Shown: positions 39,306-51,600 of the stretch, piece after piece
Numbering within the stretch: position 1 is the stretch's first letter
How the letters are laid out: each line of letters opens with the position of its first letter
Source: Ginglymostoma cirratum
Lineage: Eukaryota
Reading direction: 5' to 3'
DNA: 64,000 nt
Assembly: GCA_024137785.1 (NCBI GenBank)
Contig: JAHRHZ010000133.1
Coordinates: 22,378,792-22,442,791 of the forward strand
Program-made: the position numbers and the translations under genes
The notes under the pieces: generated by a model
Databases searched by the model: none
What the model was told of the DNA's origin: nothing
What the model saw: the letters and a program-made list of their open reading frames with translations, nothing else

Positions 39306-42300
39306 TTGTAGATGGTAAAAGGTGGCTTGTGCACACTCATAAGATCTCAGGCTTGCTGGTTAAAAGCCAAAACTTACAGCAACTTCTGAGGGAAAAAATA
39401 AAATGGCTATCTTCAGACTTAAGGTGATCTTGACAGCAGAGAATATAGACCCTGCAGAGATCTAATGTCTTCTCCCAAACATTCATGCCCCTAATCTGTC
39501 CACCTACGTGGGAGACAATCACACAGTTGTTGCCAGGTCAGAGGCGTTTGTTATCAATAACTGGTCACTAATCTACAGACCAATCAGCTACTTGCTTTCA
39601 TTCAATTCTTTACTTGTCCACAGCCCTCTGGCCCCAGCTCACCTGGAACCAAACTTCTCATGCTTCTTGAACAAGTAGCTGTTTAAACAGCACTTAACAA
39701 GGAGTGTCAAGTTACTTGCTTTTGAAAAATGCATCGATACTTGTTTTTTGAAAGTTTTTTTTCCTCATTTACCACAAACGAAAATACGGAAAAATAAAAA
39801 GATAATTTTGACAGTTAAAAACTTTCAAAGCAAGTGCTATGGGGAAGAAAAGTGATTTAATTGGAAAGATGCAGTAAGTTACAAATTTTCAAAACTCAGA
39901 ATTGTCAGGTTAAAAAAAGAAACAGCAGTAATCAAAATCGTTCTTCTGAAATGTTATTCTTTTACAGTAGGTAATCATGGATTGGAGGAAAGCTTTACCA
40001 TCTGTTCCTCACCCCTTTGTGAGCTAGTTTTCAGAAGTAGCAACCACAAAATTATCAAGTCAATTCAATAAACAGAAATACATTTTTCCAGTTTGGAGAA
40101 TCCACATAGAATGGAAAACTGCATTGTACATCCCGTTTTATGCATTTTTGTGTTTTCTGACATATTGCATTAGCAATCCCAACATTTTCCCTATATAATA
40201 GCTGTGGTTGTAAACTACAGTTAGACTTAATGCAACCATCTAAGACAAAGACAATTCATTGGCTTTCTGAGGAGCTCTTTTATGATTATATGATTGGGGG
40301 AATTTTTCTTGAAGGTTTGGTTTTTACTACCAATAACTACTATCAATTCTCAATAAACATCACTTTTGCATAAAATGGTCATGACTTACTAAAGTGAAAG
40401 TCTACATTCAGCTTCGTCTCAAAGTACAGAACATTGTACTGCATTATTTGTAATATGTAGGACTTACACTTAATTCTATTTCCAAAGCAGTTTTATAGAC
40501 AAGTAAAAAGGCAGAGGAGATAACAATTGAGCAAATCTGGGATGCTTAATCTTAATAGAACACAGCATCTATAAAAGTGTTTACAGTGTTGCAAAAAAAA
40601 ATTCCGTCACTAACACCAGCTGGCAAGAAATAGGACTGAATCATTTAAGAATGCTCATTTCTTATTCAAACACTAAAAAAAAAGTAAGGATTTCATAATA
40701 TTTACCTCAAAACGCATGTTAAATTCAATAACTGAACTAGCAGTGGTGTTTATTACAACAACAAATATGTAATACCATAGAACAAAGAAAGTTTGAGGCT
40801 AATTTCTTCCACTTTGACTTTGTACTCGTGTTGAGAAGATTATTTTTCTTACTGTGGGGGAAGGTGGGGCAAAGAGAACAACGATCATAGGGAACATGCT
40901 GACTTGATCAGTGTTGTTGATCATTTCCTGATACTGCTCCATTGCAAGCACAACGAAAGCCTGACAGCAAGTTCAGGTGTTATAATCTCTGTAGGGATGG
41001 GTAATTTTTTTTAAAATCTGAAATTCCAGTTAAGAGATGAAAAGTATGACACAAGATTTAATGTCAAGATTTATATTGCATCAAATAATTTAAATCACCA
41101 TTTCCTAAACACGCTTTTAAATAGTTAACATGCTTTGAATTACAGAAGGAAATCTTTCATTTTTATACTTATCATACATCAAATTATCCATGGATTTACA
41201 GTTCTTTTAGTAAACACTACACAGGTTCTCCCAATTTCCAATGCGTTCATGTTTCCTGGTTTCACCCAAGTAGTAACTTCCAGTGACCAGCTCCAAGCAC
41301 TTCTCTTAGTTTTTGGAGAATTTGCTAAATTCGCTACCAGCAGCAGTTGTCCTCAAGATTCTTCCACTCTGGCCATGTCAATACAAATCTCTCAGAATTC
41401 ATAGATGGTTGTGGATGCATTTATTTGACGAGAGATATGCAATTGTGGTACGTCGCAAAGTCAAGCAGCCTCTTCTCTCTGCTGACTACAAAAAAAAACT
41501 ATGATATTCACTGATTTGTAAGGAAGCCTGTAACTTGATCATAAGAATCTCTTCCCTCTTCCCCATGGCACTTTGAAGCATATTAGTTTTGCATTCAGAT
41601 TGTAGAAATGTTGACTAGCAACTCTGAAGAACCCAACTAGCCTTTGTGGATCGTTTAAAGCAAGATTGCTTACAACTTGCCATTGTCAATATTTTTGGAA
41701 TTTTGGAGATTCAGTCTCCACTGCTGACACAATAACTGCTGCTATTGTTGCAGACCTTAAATATCTTGTACCTTCTTCTCAGTAAAATAATCCAAGCCTC
41801 TCTTTGCTCACTAATAATCAAACCACTCAGGGTTTTGTCAGGGACACTGCAGAACAGGTGACATGCCTTCTTTCTGTAAGATTTAAAGACAGTTTTAAGA
41901 AGATATGTTAACCTCATAATTCTAACAAACGGTGGAAAGAATTGCTTTTCATTTGCTTTTCTTGTACTATACGAGTTCACCATAAACCAACTGATCACCT
42001 TTATATTGACTGTAATTTTATTGACTTGACACATGATTTTACAGCAGGAAACCTTTTCTGCCACTAGTTCTCCTCATTAATACAAGCTGGGGATCAGCAC
42101 TGACATATGCCGGCTTGCCTGCACCAGGGGCTGGGCTAAAGCAGACAACGATCTGCATGGAAGATTAAAAAAATAATGCTTTGAGAAAAATCAATAATTT
42201 AAAATCAGGTTGTTGTTAAAATTAATGTGACATATCTCCAAAAAGAAAACCAACTGATATGTGGGCATATGTATTAAATTGTGGAAGATTAAAATCATAG

Positions 42301-43136
42301 TTACATGTTTAGATTGGAGGATAGGTATATCTACTCACAGCAGTTTCAGAAACCAGTTATACATTGTTTATCAGATCCGACATCTTTTTCAGCAATTCCA
42401 TACCTGGATTGGTTTTTAGACAATGCATATCAGCTCAATAACTGACAAATGCAGACATTATACTCAACTAAGCACTCAACGAAATTTAAGAAACTTTTGC
42501 AGAATGCATGCAGCAATTAGATACAAATAAAAATGCTTTTAATACATATATTGTCAAACTGTTACATTGTTGAAAACTGACCCAAAATCACCTCGTACAT
42601 GTGAGCTCTTAGAAAGCTAAGTTGTGTTCCTGGCTATTAACTGGAAATCATGTTTGAAGAATGTAACTGCCAGGAATTTCATTCCTTCTGTTTTAACATA
42701 TTATGTATTCAGACTGCTGATCTGATGAATTACAAATTTGCGATTATGCAACATAACAATACACTTTGTAAATCAATTTGAATGAAATTAAGGAATTTGA
42801 AACCATCTAACAGTTATTTAATGTATCTTTAAAAAAAGTTATCCCATAAATTCACAGCACAGTAATAAACCTAAACAACTAACGTTTCAATCAATTAAAC
42901 AAACTTTGATTTGTACCTTCTGGGATTAGAATTTTAGTTCTTCAGGTTGGAGAAAAGAATTCGGAAGTTGGAAAGATTAGGACTATCTGTAAAGTATTGA
43001 CACAGACAGGCATACTGATAATGAGTGGTACATGTTTGTAAGTTCTTGGCTGCTCACAGAAGTGTGTTGCCGAAATAAAGCAGAAACACTAAATGCGTTT
43101 TTCTAAAGAGGTATTATGGTGACCCAGGGCAGCAGG

Positions 43137-43153
43137 AGTTCAACAAAAGTTCA
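43137..43153 (+). promoter_or_regulatory. Perfect DR5 retinoic acid response element motif
   Basis: AGTTCA-ACAAA-AGTTCA. Confidence 0.55.
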
Positions 43154-43206
43154 GTCAAGATTTTGTCAGTAGTTCTCAATGCAGAAAGGCAAAATCACTT
43201 CCGGAT

Positions 43207-43360
43207 TCACCTATCCTTTCCAAGGTCAGTATTGGCCATGGTGCAGTGCAAGGTTACAATGTCTTCAGGGAAACAATCTTTGAGTATGATTCCACGGTCA
43301 CGGTGACAGTCCAACTCCTCAATAAATCCACACCAGTAGATCACTAATCCAGGTCCAAAT
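43207..43360 (-). CDS. CDIN1: CDIN1 (C15orf41) terminal coding exon
   Basis: Acceptor taatttacag|A at 43361-43362. Encodes (R)[37 protein letters not shown], matching the vertebrate CDIN1 C-terminus ([32 protein letters not shown]). TGA at 43207-43209. Convergent with MEIS2, as in mammals. Confidence 0.93.
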
Positions 43361-45599
43361 CTGTAAATTAGATTCAAAACGTATTTTTTAAGAAGTACAC
43401 CAAGAACACACTGCAATGTCGTATAATTTGGCTGCATTAAGTTAAACATTAATTTTTTTGATATAAATATTTGGACATTGAAGACCATAGTTTTGATACA
43501 TCTTGTAACATTGCTAATCAATAATGGTGCCTGGATGAATACATGCCAAGCTGTATTTGACCAAACAATGCTGCTAAGTGGAACTAATGGCAATGCTGGT
43601 GCTTATTTTCCTGACATGGGCATTCTGGAATAAAGTTTTGATTAACTGAATGCAGGATCAGCATAAGCACTTAAAATTCAATTTCTAATTTCACTCAGAA
43701 TAAACAGATAACAAATTTTCATCAAGACCAGAGGGAAGATCGACTTAAGCAGTAGGCCACTGGTTGTTATCATCCATTTTTGAAATATCATTGGGTTTAT
43801 TTGCAAGACAGGTACAATTTACTTAAAGTAATCCAGGATGGCAAATTAACTTCATACCAGAAGAACACTTGGAAGAGGTTCCAAATGGAAGCAACAAAGG
43901 CCAACACTGCACAGGGTTCCACCAGGCAGTACAGTTCATGATCCACCACTGAAAGACAACCACAGCCAGCCATCATCACTGATGTACTAAGCAAGACAAG
44001 GAGCTAAAAGTGTTAAGTTATATCAAAGGATCCACCTCCTTCAACTACATGAGATTTTAAAGTATCCAGTACACTAGTTATTTCACTCAAGCCCAACAAA
44101 GGAAACCAAATCTCACCTTTTCTTCACTCAGTGTAAGATACCAGTTGATAACAACTTATGTCAGATGGTGTTAATTTGAAGTCATATCTCCTATACTGCA
44201 ACTTTTCAGTTCCTATGTAATATTGCAGTATTCATTATTGCTAATTGTGCTAAATTTTCTGGAAACTACTTTACACTTTCTCTAGTGCTGTTAGTACACC
44301 AGGAAAATAAATAGTGCCTGTGTGCTCTTTGCCCAGAAATATAGTAATCTGGCTCCGAGGGACTGTCATTTCACAGCTATTGGAAGACTATGTCAAAAAA
44401 ATGACAATAATTACAATCATGGAATTTGTTTAGTTTGCAAACTAGCATTGCTTTGTTGTAGCTTTGTCCACATGAAGGGGGATGTAAGAAAACAAATAAT
44501 AGTGTCTTGTATGTTTACGATGCACTCCAACAAGGAATTACGCTTTCAGCATTGTGAAAGGAAATACTAAGAGTTGAGGGTATGTTATGTAATCATGGGA
44601 TGTGAAAGTATACAAAAAAAAAGTATTTAAAAAAAACACCATTCAGTACACAAAACAAATATATTTTGGCATGAAGGATGCAAAAATATGCTGACATATT
44701 TTGCATCTGAAGGTTTTAAAATGAGGATAATGCAAATAACATTTCAACATTTAACAATTTTAAGTTGCTACTGTAAACACAACTATAAGTTGCATTAACT
44801 TTTTTTTGAAAAACAGTACAATCAATTGTTCTAATGCATAGTGCTAGAAAAAAAAGTTAAAATAATTTTGGATCTGTGCTATACATAACCTTTAAATGGA
44901 TATGCTGAGCTCAACAGGCAATCTCAGGAAGTAGCCCTGTGGAATAGTTGACCCATCAGGAAGTTAGGACCTTCAGCCAGAGTTCATAAAGATGTAATCA
45001 CTATCAATCAGAATGTGTCACCACGAGGTCTGAACATCAGAACCCTAGTTTTTCTTAGTGCAAGCATCCAAACAAGTTGCTAGATTTTAGCATTATTGAG
45101 AAAGATTTTCAATTAAAACTGTCAAATTTTCATAACTTCTTTAAACATCAGGATGGCCCAACAACAGACCTGTTCAGCCTACATCCAACTATTTTGTAGT
45201 GTTATGTTATGTAAAAAGATAACACTACAACACAAGATGATCAAATGCACTTATGGCACCAATGGGAAAACATATATTTATGCAAGTCATTATTCATATA
45301 TAATACAACAGCTTTAGTGAAGGATAAGAACTGAACTGGGGTTACTGATAATTCTGCATATGTAGAATATAGATCATGCCTAATACTTATAATTATTGAT
45401 ATTAATCTTTTGAATAAAATATAACAGGTGAATTAATTATATTCATTCATTATTTTTAAATTTTTTGAAGTAAATACTCAACCCTTCAGATATCATACTC
45501 AGTATACAACACATATAAATCATAGGTAAATATTCTTTTAAAAAGTAAATAAAGAGAAAGAAAACTAGTATTTGCATTCAAGTGATCACAGAGTATCCA

Positions 45600-45690
45600 A
45601 TTTCCTGCTCCTATGATGCTGTTTGGCCTGCTGTGTTCATCCAGCTCTACACCTTGTTATCTCGGAATAGCAGTTCCTATTATCTCTGTA
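45600..45690 (+). mobile_element. Penelope-like family A fragment
   Basis: cctgctcctatgatgctgtttggcctgctgtgttcatccagctctacaccttgttatctc, shared with the 13217 and 23092 copies. Confidence 0.75.
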
Positions 45691-48600
45691 ACAAACTCAT
45701 AACTGATTTCAGGAGCTGCATGCTTTTGAGGAATTGGACCTTGGATAACAGAATGCCATCTTTGACTTTCTTACTGTCATATTGTAAACCTTGTCCTATT
45801 TCTGACAGAGTGGTGTGGTGCAAATAAAATTCAAGTCAAATTAACAGCAGCTAAGGGTCTCTATATGAGATACAATATGGAAAGCATTCTGCTGTGGATT
45901 TCTTTTTAAAATGCGGTCAATGAAGAATGACATTAGCGTAACATATTAATGTTGAAAATGAGAGATTTTTCAGCTCTTTGGTTTATAAGACATCTTTCCT
46001 ATTTAATGAGAAAATAATTTTCTTGGAAACAAAACTAGTCGCAACTTCAGTCAGTGTGATGGAAAACTGCCAAAAAGGTCATGGGGAACCGCTTTTAACA
46101 TAATTCTCTTGTGTTTTGACAAAGACTAAAAAAAACAAAAAAGCATGTTATCACTTATATTACCTGACTTAATATTGCCTTTGATCAACACTTTTAAAAC
46201 AATAAAACCTTTAAATAATGATTATGAAGGCACAGCGCTAATTTTGCTGTATTTTGTTTATAGGCCAAGAGAAGCAGTCATTTGGCACAAAGTACAATTG
46301 TTTAAATTTATGTCAGGGCCCAGAAATTGAAAATGAATTGAGTTTCTATTGTGTCTTGAACCATTACTCAACACAAAAAGTTTTCCTCTATCACTTCTTT
46401 GTTCTATGTCTCTTTTGGGTTTGCTCAAATCTGACAAAACTAACTGGCCTGCAGTTAAAATGAAATTGCAATTCAGTACCATCAAAATTCTAGAAAAAAC
46501 ATTATTTAAAACAAAATTTGTTTTCCAGGACCTCACCATTTTACCAATTATAGACATGAAATACAAATTATGGAGTCACACAGGTTTAACTGTACACAGT
46601 AATTCTACTTTGTGACTTGTGGCCTATTATTTTGTGATCTTTTTGCCATCAAGGTCAAGTATTTGTTAAGTTGTGATAAATATCTTTAAGATATAAAAAG
46701 GATAATTACAATTCAGAGCACTAAGAAACATATCCAAGACATGTTAGTGCATATTCTATAATTTATAGTGATCTAAACCATCCTTACCAATTATGCACCT
46801 GATGCATAATACAGATTTCTTATATTTCTTCCCAGCCTTTTTCTCGTAGTTTTATATGGCACTTAAACAATACTGTTGCTTGTCTAAATCTTGCCTCAGG
46901 TTTGGATCATTATAAACCTGTACATCAATTTCTTATTATTGTATGTTGCTACAAGAAGTGTGATGATGGCCTGTTCCTTAATTTGTCTTAATGTCTTCTT
47001 CATCTACATTATTGCTTGGCTTTTCTTGTTCTCATAAATGTTGCAATTACTGATATTCAATTCAGAAAATACAATTATGAAAGTTATTAATAGAACATTT
47101 CTGCGCATAGTCTGTCTGAATAAAATTGTGCTGGTAGGTTTGAGTCAAAGGTTCCAAATCGATTATCTGCAATATGTGAGGTTACATTATTACACAATTG
47201 TGAGTTTACAATTTGTACCTACTTCTAACATCAACTTATTTGTATTGCAATAATCTATATTCTGAACAGTGTTTACTCAATTTTTGGGTTGCATATTTCT
47301 TTTATACATTTGTCACAACTTCAACTTATTCGAGATTCAACTAAGGTGCAAACATTTGGAACTCAACAAGCATTATTTTAAAATATTTTGGTAATCCAAA
47401 CTGAACAAATGACATGTTTGTCTATATTTGCAATAAAATAATTCTTTTAATACTGATTTAGACAACTGTACAAACAGCAACACAATTTTTGTTTATACAA
47501 AAACTAGAAAATAAGAGTTTCAGTGTTTGTAAAATATTTCAAAGATAATCCCACTATTCTGCTTTCTGCCACTTGCTTTAGTCTTCCTTTCCTTCTATTT
47601 CTTAAGATGAGAGCAGCAACTGTTTGAATAGTGTTTGTCTCAGCTGCTCACAATGATAAAATGGTTATAAGAAAAGGCAAAGATATTTCTTCTGTCCTCT
47701 CTTTTCATTCTCGTAGTGAAATTGAAACAATAGACCATTGCCACTAATTTCATAACTAGAAGAAATAGTTTCCAGTCTGCTCCATCAAAAGCTTCAAAGT
47801 TTTAAACATTCTAAAATCTCCTCGACTTTTTCATTTACCTATCTGATCAGTACCATTGCCCTTAACTTGCTTTCTAAATGTTCAAATGCATATTCCAATT
47901 TTTTTTTAAGGCAACTGAGATGCTTTATGGAGTGTTTCAAATACATATACAGTAGATCTACACAATTGATACTTTTGCCAGAAACAAACTGATTTTGAAT
48001 AATAGTGGTAAGATCGGTCCTGTATATTTTTCAAAACATGCAATAGCAAATCAACAGCATTTGTTAATTGTTTGGAAAAAAAACTTCGAGAATTCAACTC
48101 TAGCACCTTTCAAGGCTTTTTAATAAATAAACTCCTGAACCTTTCCAGAGGTTTCCTGTTGGAATGAAACAAAAAAGGGGGAGGACCTCCGATAAATACT
48201 TTCGTAAGCAATTTCAAAGAGTAAGATGTGAAGTGGAATGGCAACCTACACACGACTAAAATTAACTTAATATCAAACTTGGTGTAAAACAGCTTTTAGA
48301 AGAGGTAGGGAAATTTCTGTGAAGTTTTTTTTAAAAAAAGTGCCCTTGTAGCAGCTGGGGGATAACTTAATAAGTAGTTCTGACTACTTTCTGAACAGGG
48401 CTCATTGCCAGAACATTACTCAAATGTGGAGACTAGCAACAAACCCTGCATTAAAAATCAAGCATGAACTTTAACTAAATAAAACCTGCAGAGTGAGCAG
48501 CATTATGCATTATTTTCCCCCTGAAATACATGTGACATTGTGGTATATTTCAGTGTTATTTTCTTCATTAAAAATGTGTGGAAAATGATCCATGTAAATA

Positions 48601-51600
48601 AATAGAGTACAATTCTTCCCCTAACAAAGAAGTTGCTCTATAAACATACTGTTTCATATAAGATCTAAGATAGATTTCAAAATTTGGTATCTGCAGCACA
48701 CTCCAAAAATTTTTCAGTAGCATTATTTATGTCCTCCTTTAAATGGAGAATGTCTGAACAATTTACATGCTGAAGTGCAATGTAATCAAGATGGAATTTT
48801 GTTTGGTCTGTTCATAATTTGTGCAGTCCTCACATGGATCCAGTATGTATTTAAATATGGAATGTGGAACATGGCTTGCTCCAATCTAGAAAATGACAGA
48901 TAAAAGTACCAACAAGCCACATTTTATAAGGACAAGAAGTACAATAAAAGATTCTACAAAAAAAATTCCTTTGCTGCTTTAAAGGGGCACTCCCTTCAAA
49001 AATAAAACTAGTAAAATTTTCTTCAATTTAGGGTGAGCAAATAGAAGAACAAAGTATCACTGAATTACAGTAACACCACAGAATTACCATGATTGTTAAT
49101 AAATGCCAGGGGCCTTTGCCATAAATATTTGAAAATTAAGTTAAAATTTTTTAAAATCCTCCAAATTTTAACTATTTTCTTTGTCCCTTCAGATTTCAGG
49201 GAGCTACATACTTTCTGTGGTAGAGAGGGCAAACGAAAAACTTATTTAATCTTTCAGTATCCTTATAATTGGGTAAACGGCATGCATGAATGGCCCAGGT
49301 GACTTTTCTTTCCGGCTTCTCAGTAACACAATGCAGAATAGTAACTTAGTTATAAACAGTTCCAAGAAATAATGCCATACTGCTCTGTCACACAGGAACA
49401 CAGCATGGGATAAAGTGTTAATTACCAAAATGCATTCCTCTCAACACCGTAGCACTGTCAAAATTCATTGTCACCAAATTCACAGCATTACCAAAAAACA
49501 ACACTTTCCCTCACTTAATTAACATTGCAGTTACACTCAATTGGCAGACTTGAAAGTATGCCTGTTTCAAGCTTTAAAATTATTGTAAATTTTTAATAAT
49601 TGGGGTTTTTGGTGGGTTTTATCATCAAAACTAAAAAATCAATATAAGTTGCACATTGCACACAGAATCACAAATGACAATACCATCAACACAAGAAAAA
49701 TAGTATTGAAATACCACCCAAGTCAAACATGCCTGGTACAAAAAAAAAGAAAAAAAGGGAAATCAATCACAAATATCCTTCGGAAAAAAAATAGCAGAGC
49801 ATGTTTTCCAAACACAGAGGCTATTTATTTTGAAGACGAAGCATGGTTTTTGTGCTTGTTAGAAAGAAAGACAAACTGTTCCCCTCTTACATATGACAAA
49901 CACGGATTTGAGTTCTTTTAGAACTTTACAGCAAAGTTTGGATAGCACAAAGCACTTTCCATGCCATTTTCTCCCCACAGACCGAGGACAAAGCTTGTAT
50001 TGTACTATATCCAGGACTTTGAGTCATATATCAGTAATGGGGCCGGTTTGAGATTGCTGAAAACAACCAGTTAAAGCTGGTCTCTTCATATAAAAAAAAT
50101 GCCAGGCACACTGTTTCTTATCCTGGGTGACAGAGTACGTGAGATCAGCTATTGTAGGAAGCTGTGTTTGGGTCTCCACACTCAAAGCAGTGGTCAAGGA
50201 GTGTTACCATTAGGTGATTAATAGGTGTTTATTTTTAGGGCTTGAACTGGAAGGCCATTTCAAGGCCACTGCAAGATGATATCTACATAATCGGACGATG
50301 TCTTGCACGTCTACAACCTTTTCCCCTGACATCTGGGACCTGGCTGGTGTCCTCACAGGCAGTTAAAAAGTGCCAGATAAATTCAAAAACAGGATATGCA
50401 GATCTGTTTATACAAAGGAGCAAAAAAGGAAAACTTCAGGAAGTTATGTCCTCTGCAGTATTCCCTGAATACACTGAACTGTCCCCATCATACATTTTAA
50501 AATGCCTGCAATGAAAAGTGCTAGAAAAGTAGTCCAGGCGCAATCTGCAGCCTACACTGCCCCTAGCATCTGTGTTGTCAGAATTAAAAGAGGATTAAAG
50601 TATTGCTACAGATAACATGAAATTCGTCACAAGGAAACCAGGAGACTGAAGCAGCCCTTTGGATACATCAGCTGAGCCACACAGGTCCATAATGTAGTCA
50701 TACATTGTAATTTAGCAGCAAGAAATCCACTGAGAAGTGGTCTTGGAGCTCTATCAAGATGACAAGTCAGACATCACTCACTTCCTGGAGCCTGGTTAGA
50801 CACACTTTGCAAGCATTAATTTGAAGCCACACTTTATCATTTGTACTGCATTCGTACTTCCAAAATACTGCGAACCTTTGTACGTTTAAAAAAAAAACAT
50901 AGTTCCTCATTCAGCTGGACAATAGTAGCCTTGAATACTTTGTATAGTAACACAGCTCGTGATTTCATAAATGCATTAATGTACTTCAATTTAAATTTAC
51001 GATGATACTTATTACAAAGCCAATCCTTTAGTAAGATATTCCACATTCTTCAAACAAATATATATTGAACCTGAGTGAGATAATTATTTCTTAATCAAAC
51101 AATATAAAGAATCAGGCCTTTCAACCTGGAGCCTCTATTAACTTTCAGTTAGATCACGGCTAGCTTTGATCTTAAATTCATTTACCCACCTTAGTTCCAT
51201 GTTCTGCGACATTCTTGTCTAACAAAAATGTCAATCTCAATTTTGAAATCTCCAACTAATCAACTTCAACAGCTTTTTGAGAAAGAGTACTCCAAATAGC
51301 ATCGAAATAGAATTTATATACATTTTCTGTAACATGGCTTCTACCCTATGGCATTCCAGGTCCTTTGGTTGGGAAAAAATGTCAGCACTTCACTAGCCTG
51401 TTAAATTATTATTAATTAAACCAAAAAAAAAACAATTTGTTGTCTAACTTTAGTGAGTTTTGCACTTGAAGCCCTCAATCTCTCTGCTCCTGTAAGAAGA
51501 CAGCATAATGAAGGACTACACTTTTAATAAATCTATGGTTACCTTTCACACCAAGACTAATGTCTATCACCCAGGTAATAGAATAAAATGAAACAATGCC

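Larger units (their letters stand above)
30790..39813 (-). mobile_element. Decayed full-length Gypsy LTR retrotransposon, Gmr1-like (gag-PR-IN-RT-RH)
   Basis: Diverged direct LTRs at ~30790-33025 (split by CR1) and ~38725-39813, sharing gggaaagactgggaaggca and caatcagctacttg. Minus-strand motifs: PR ILSDAGAAQTLL (~37330-37375); IN PIAGHL..HFIWPG..CHTC, EPFSQVAVDC and GLPIKIQSNQGSNF (36300-36700); RT LVPK..RLCIDYRKVN (~35260-35315) and YLDD (34194-34205). Degenerate tRNA-Pro PBS at 38703-38720. Confidence 0.88.

Noticed and set aside
43361-43593. N-terminal part of the 128-aa ORF
   Set aside because: Intronic read-through upstream of the splice acceptor. CDIN1 similarity begins only at RFGPG.
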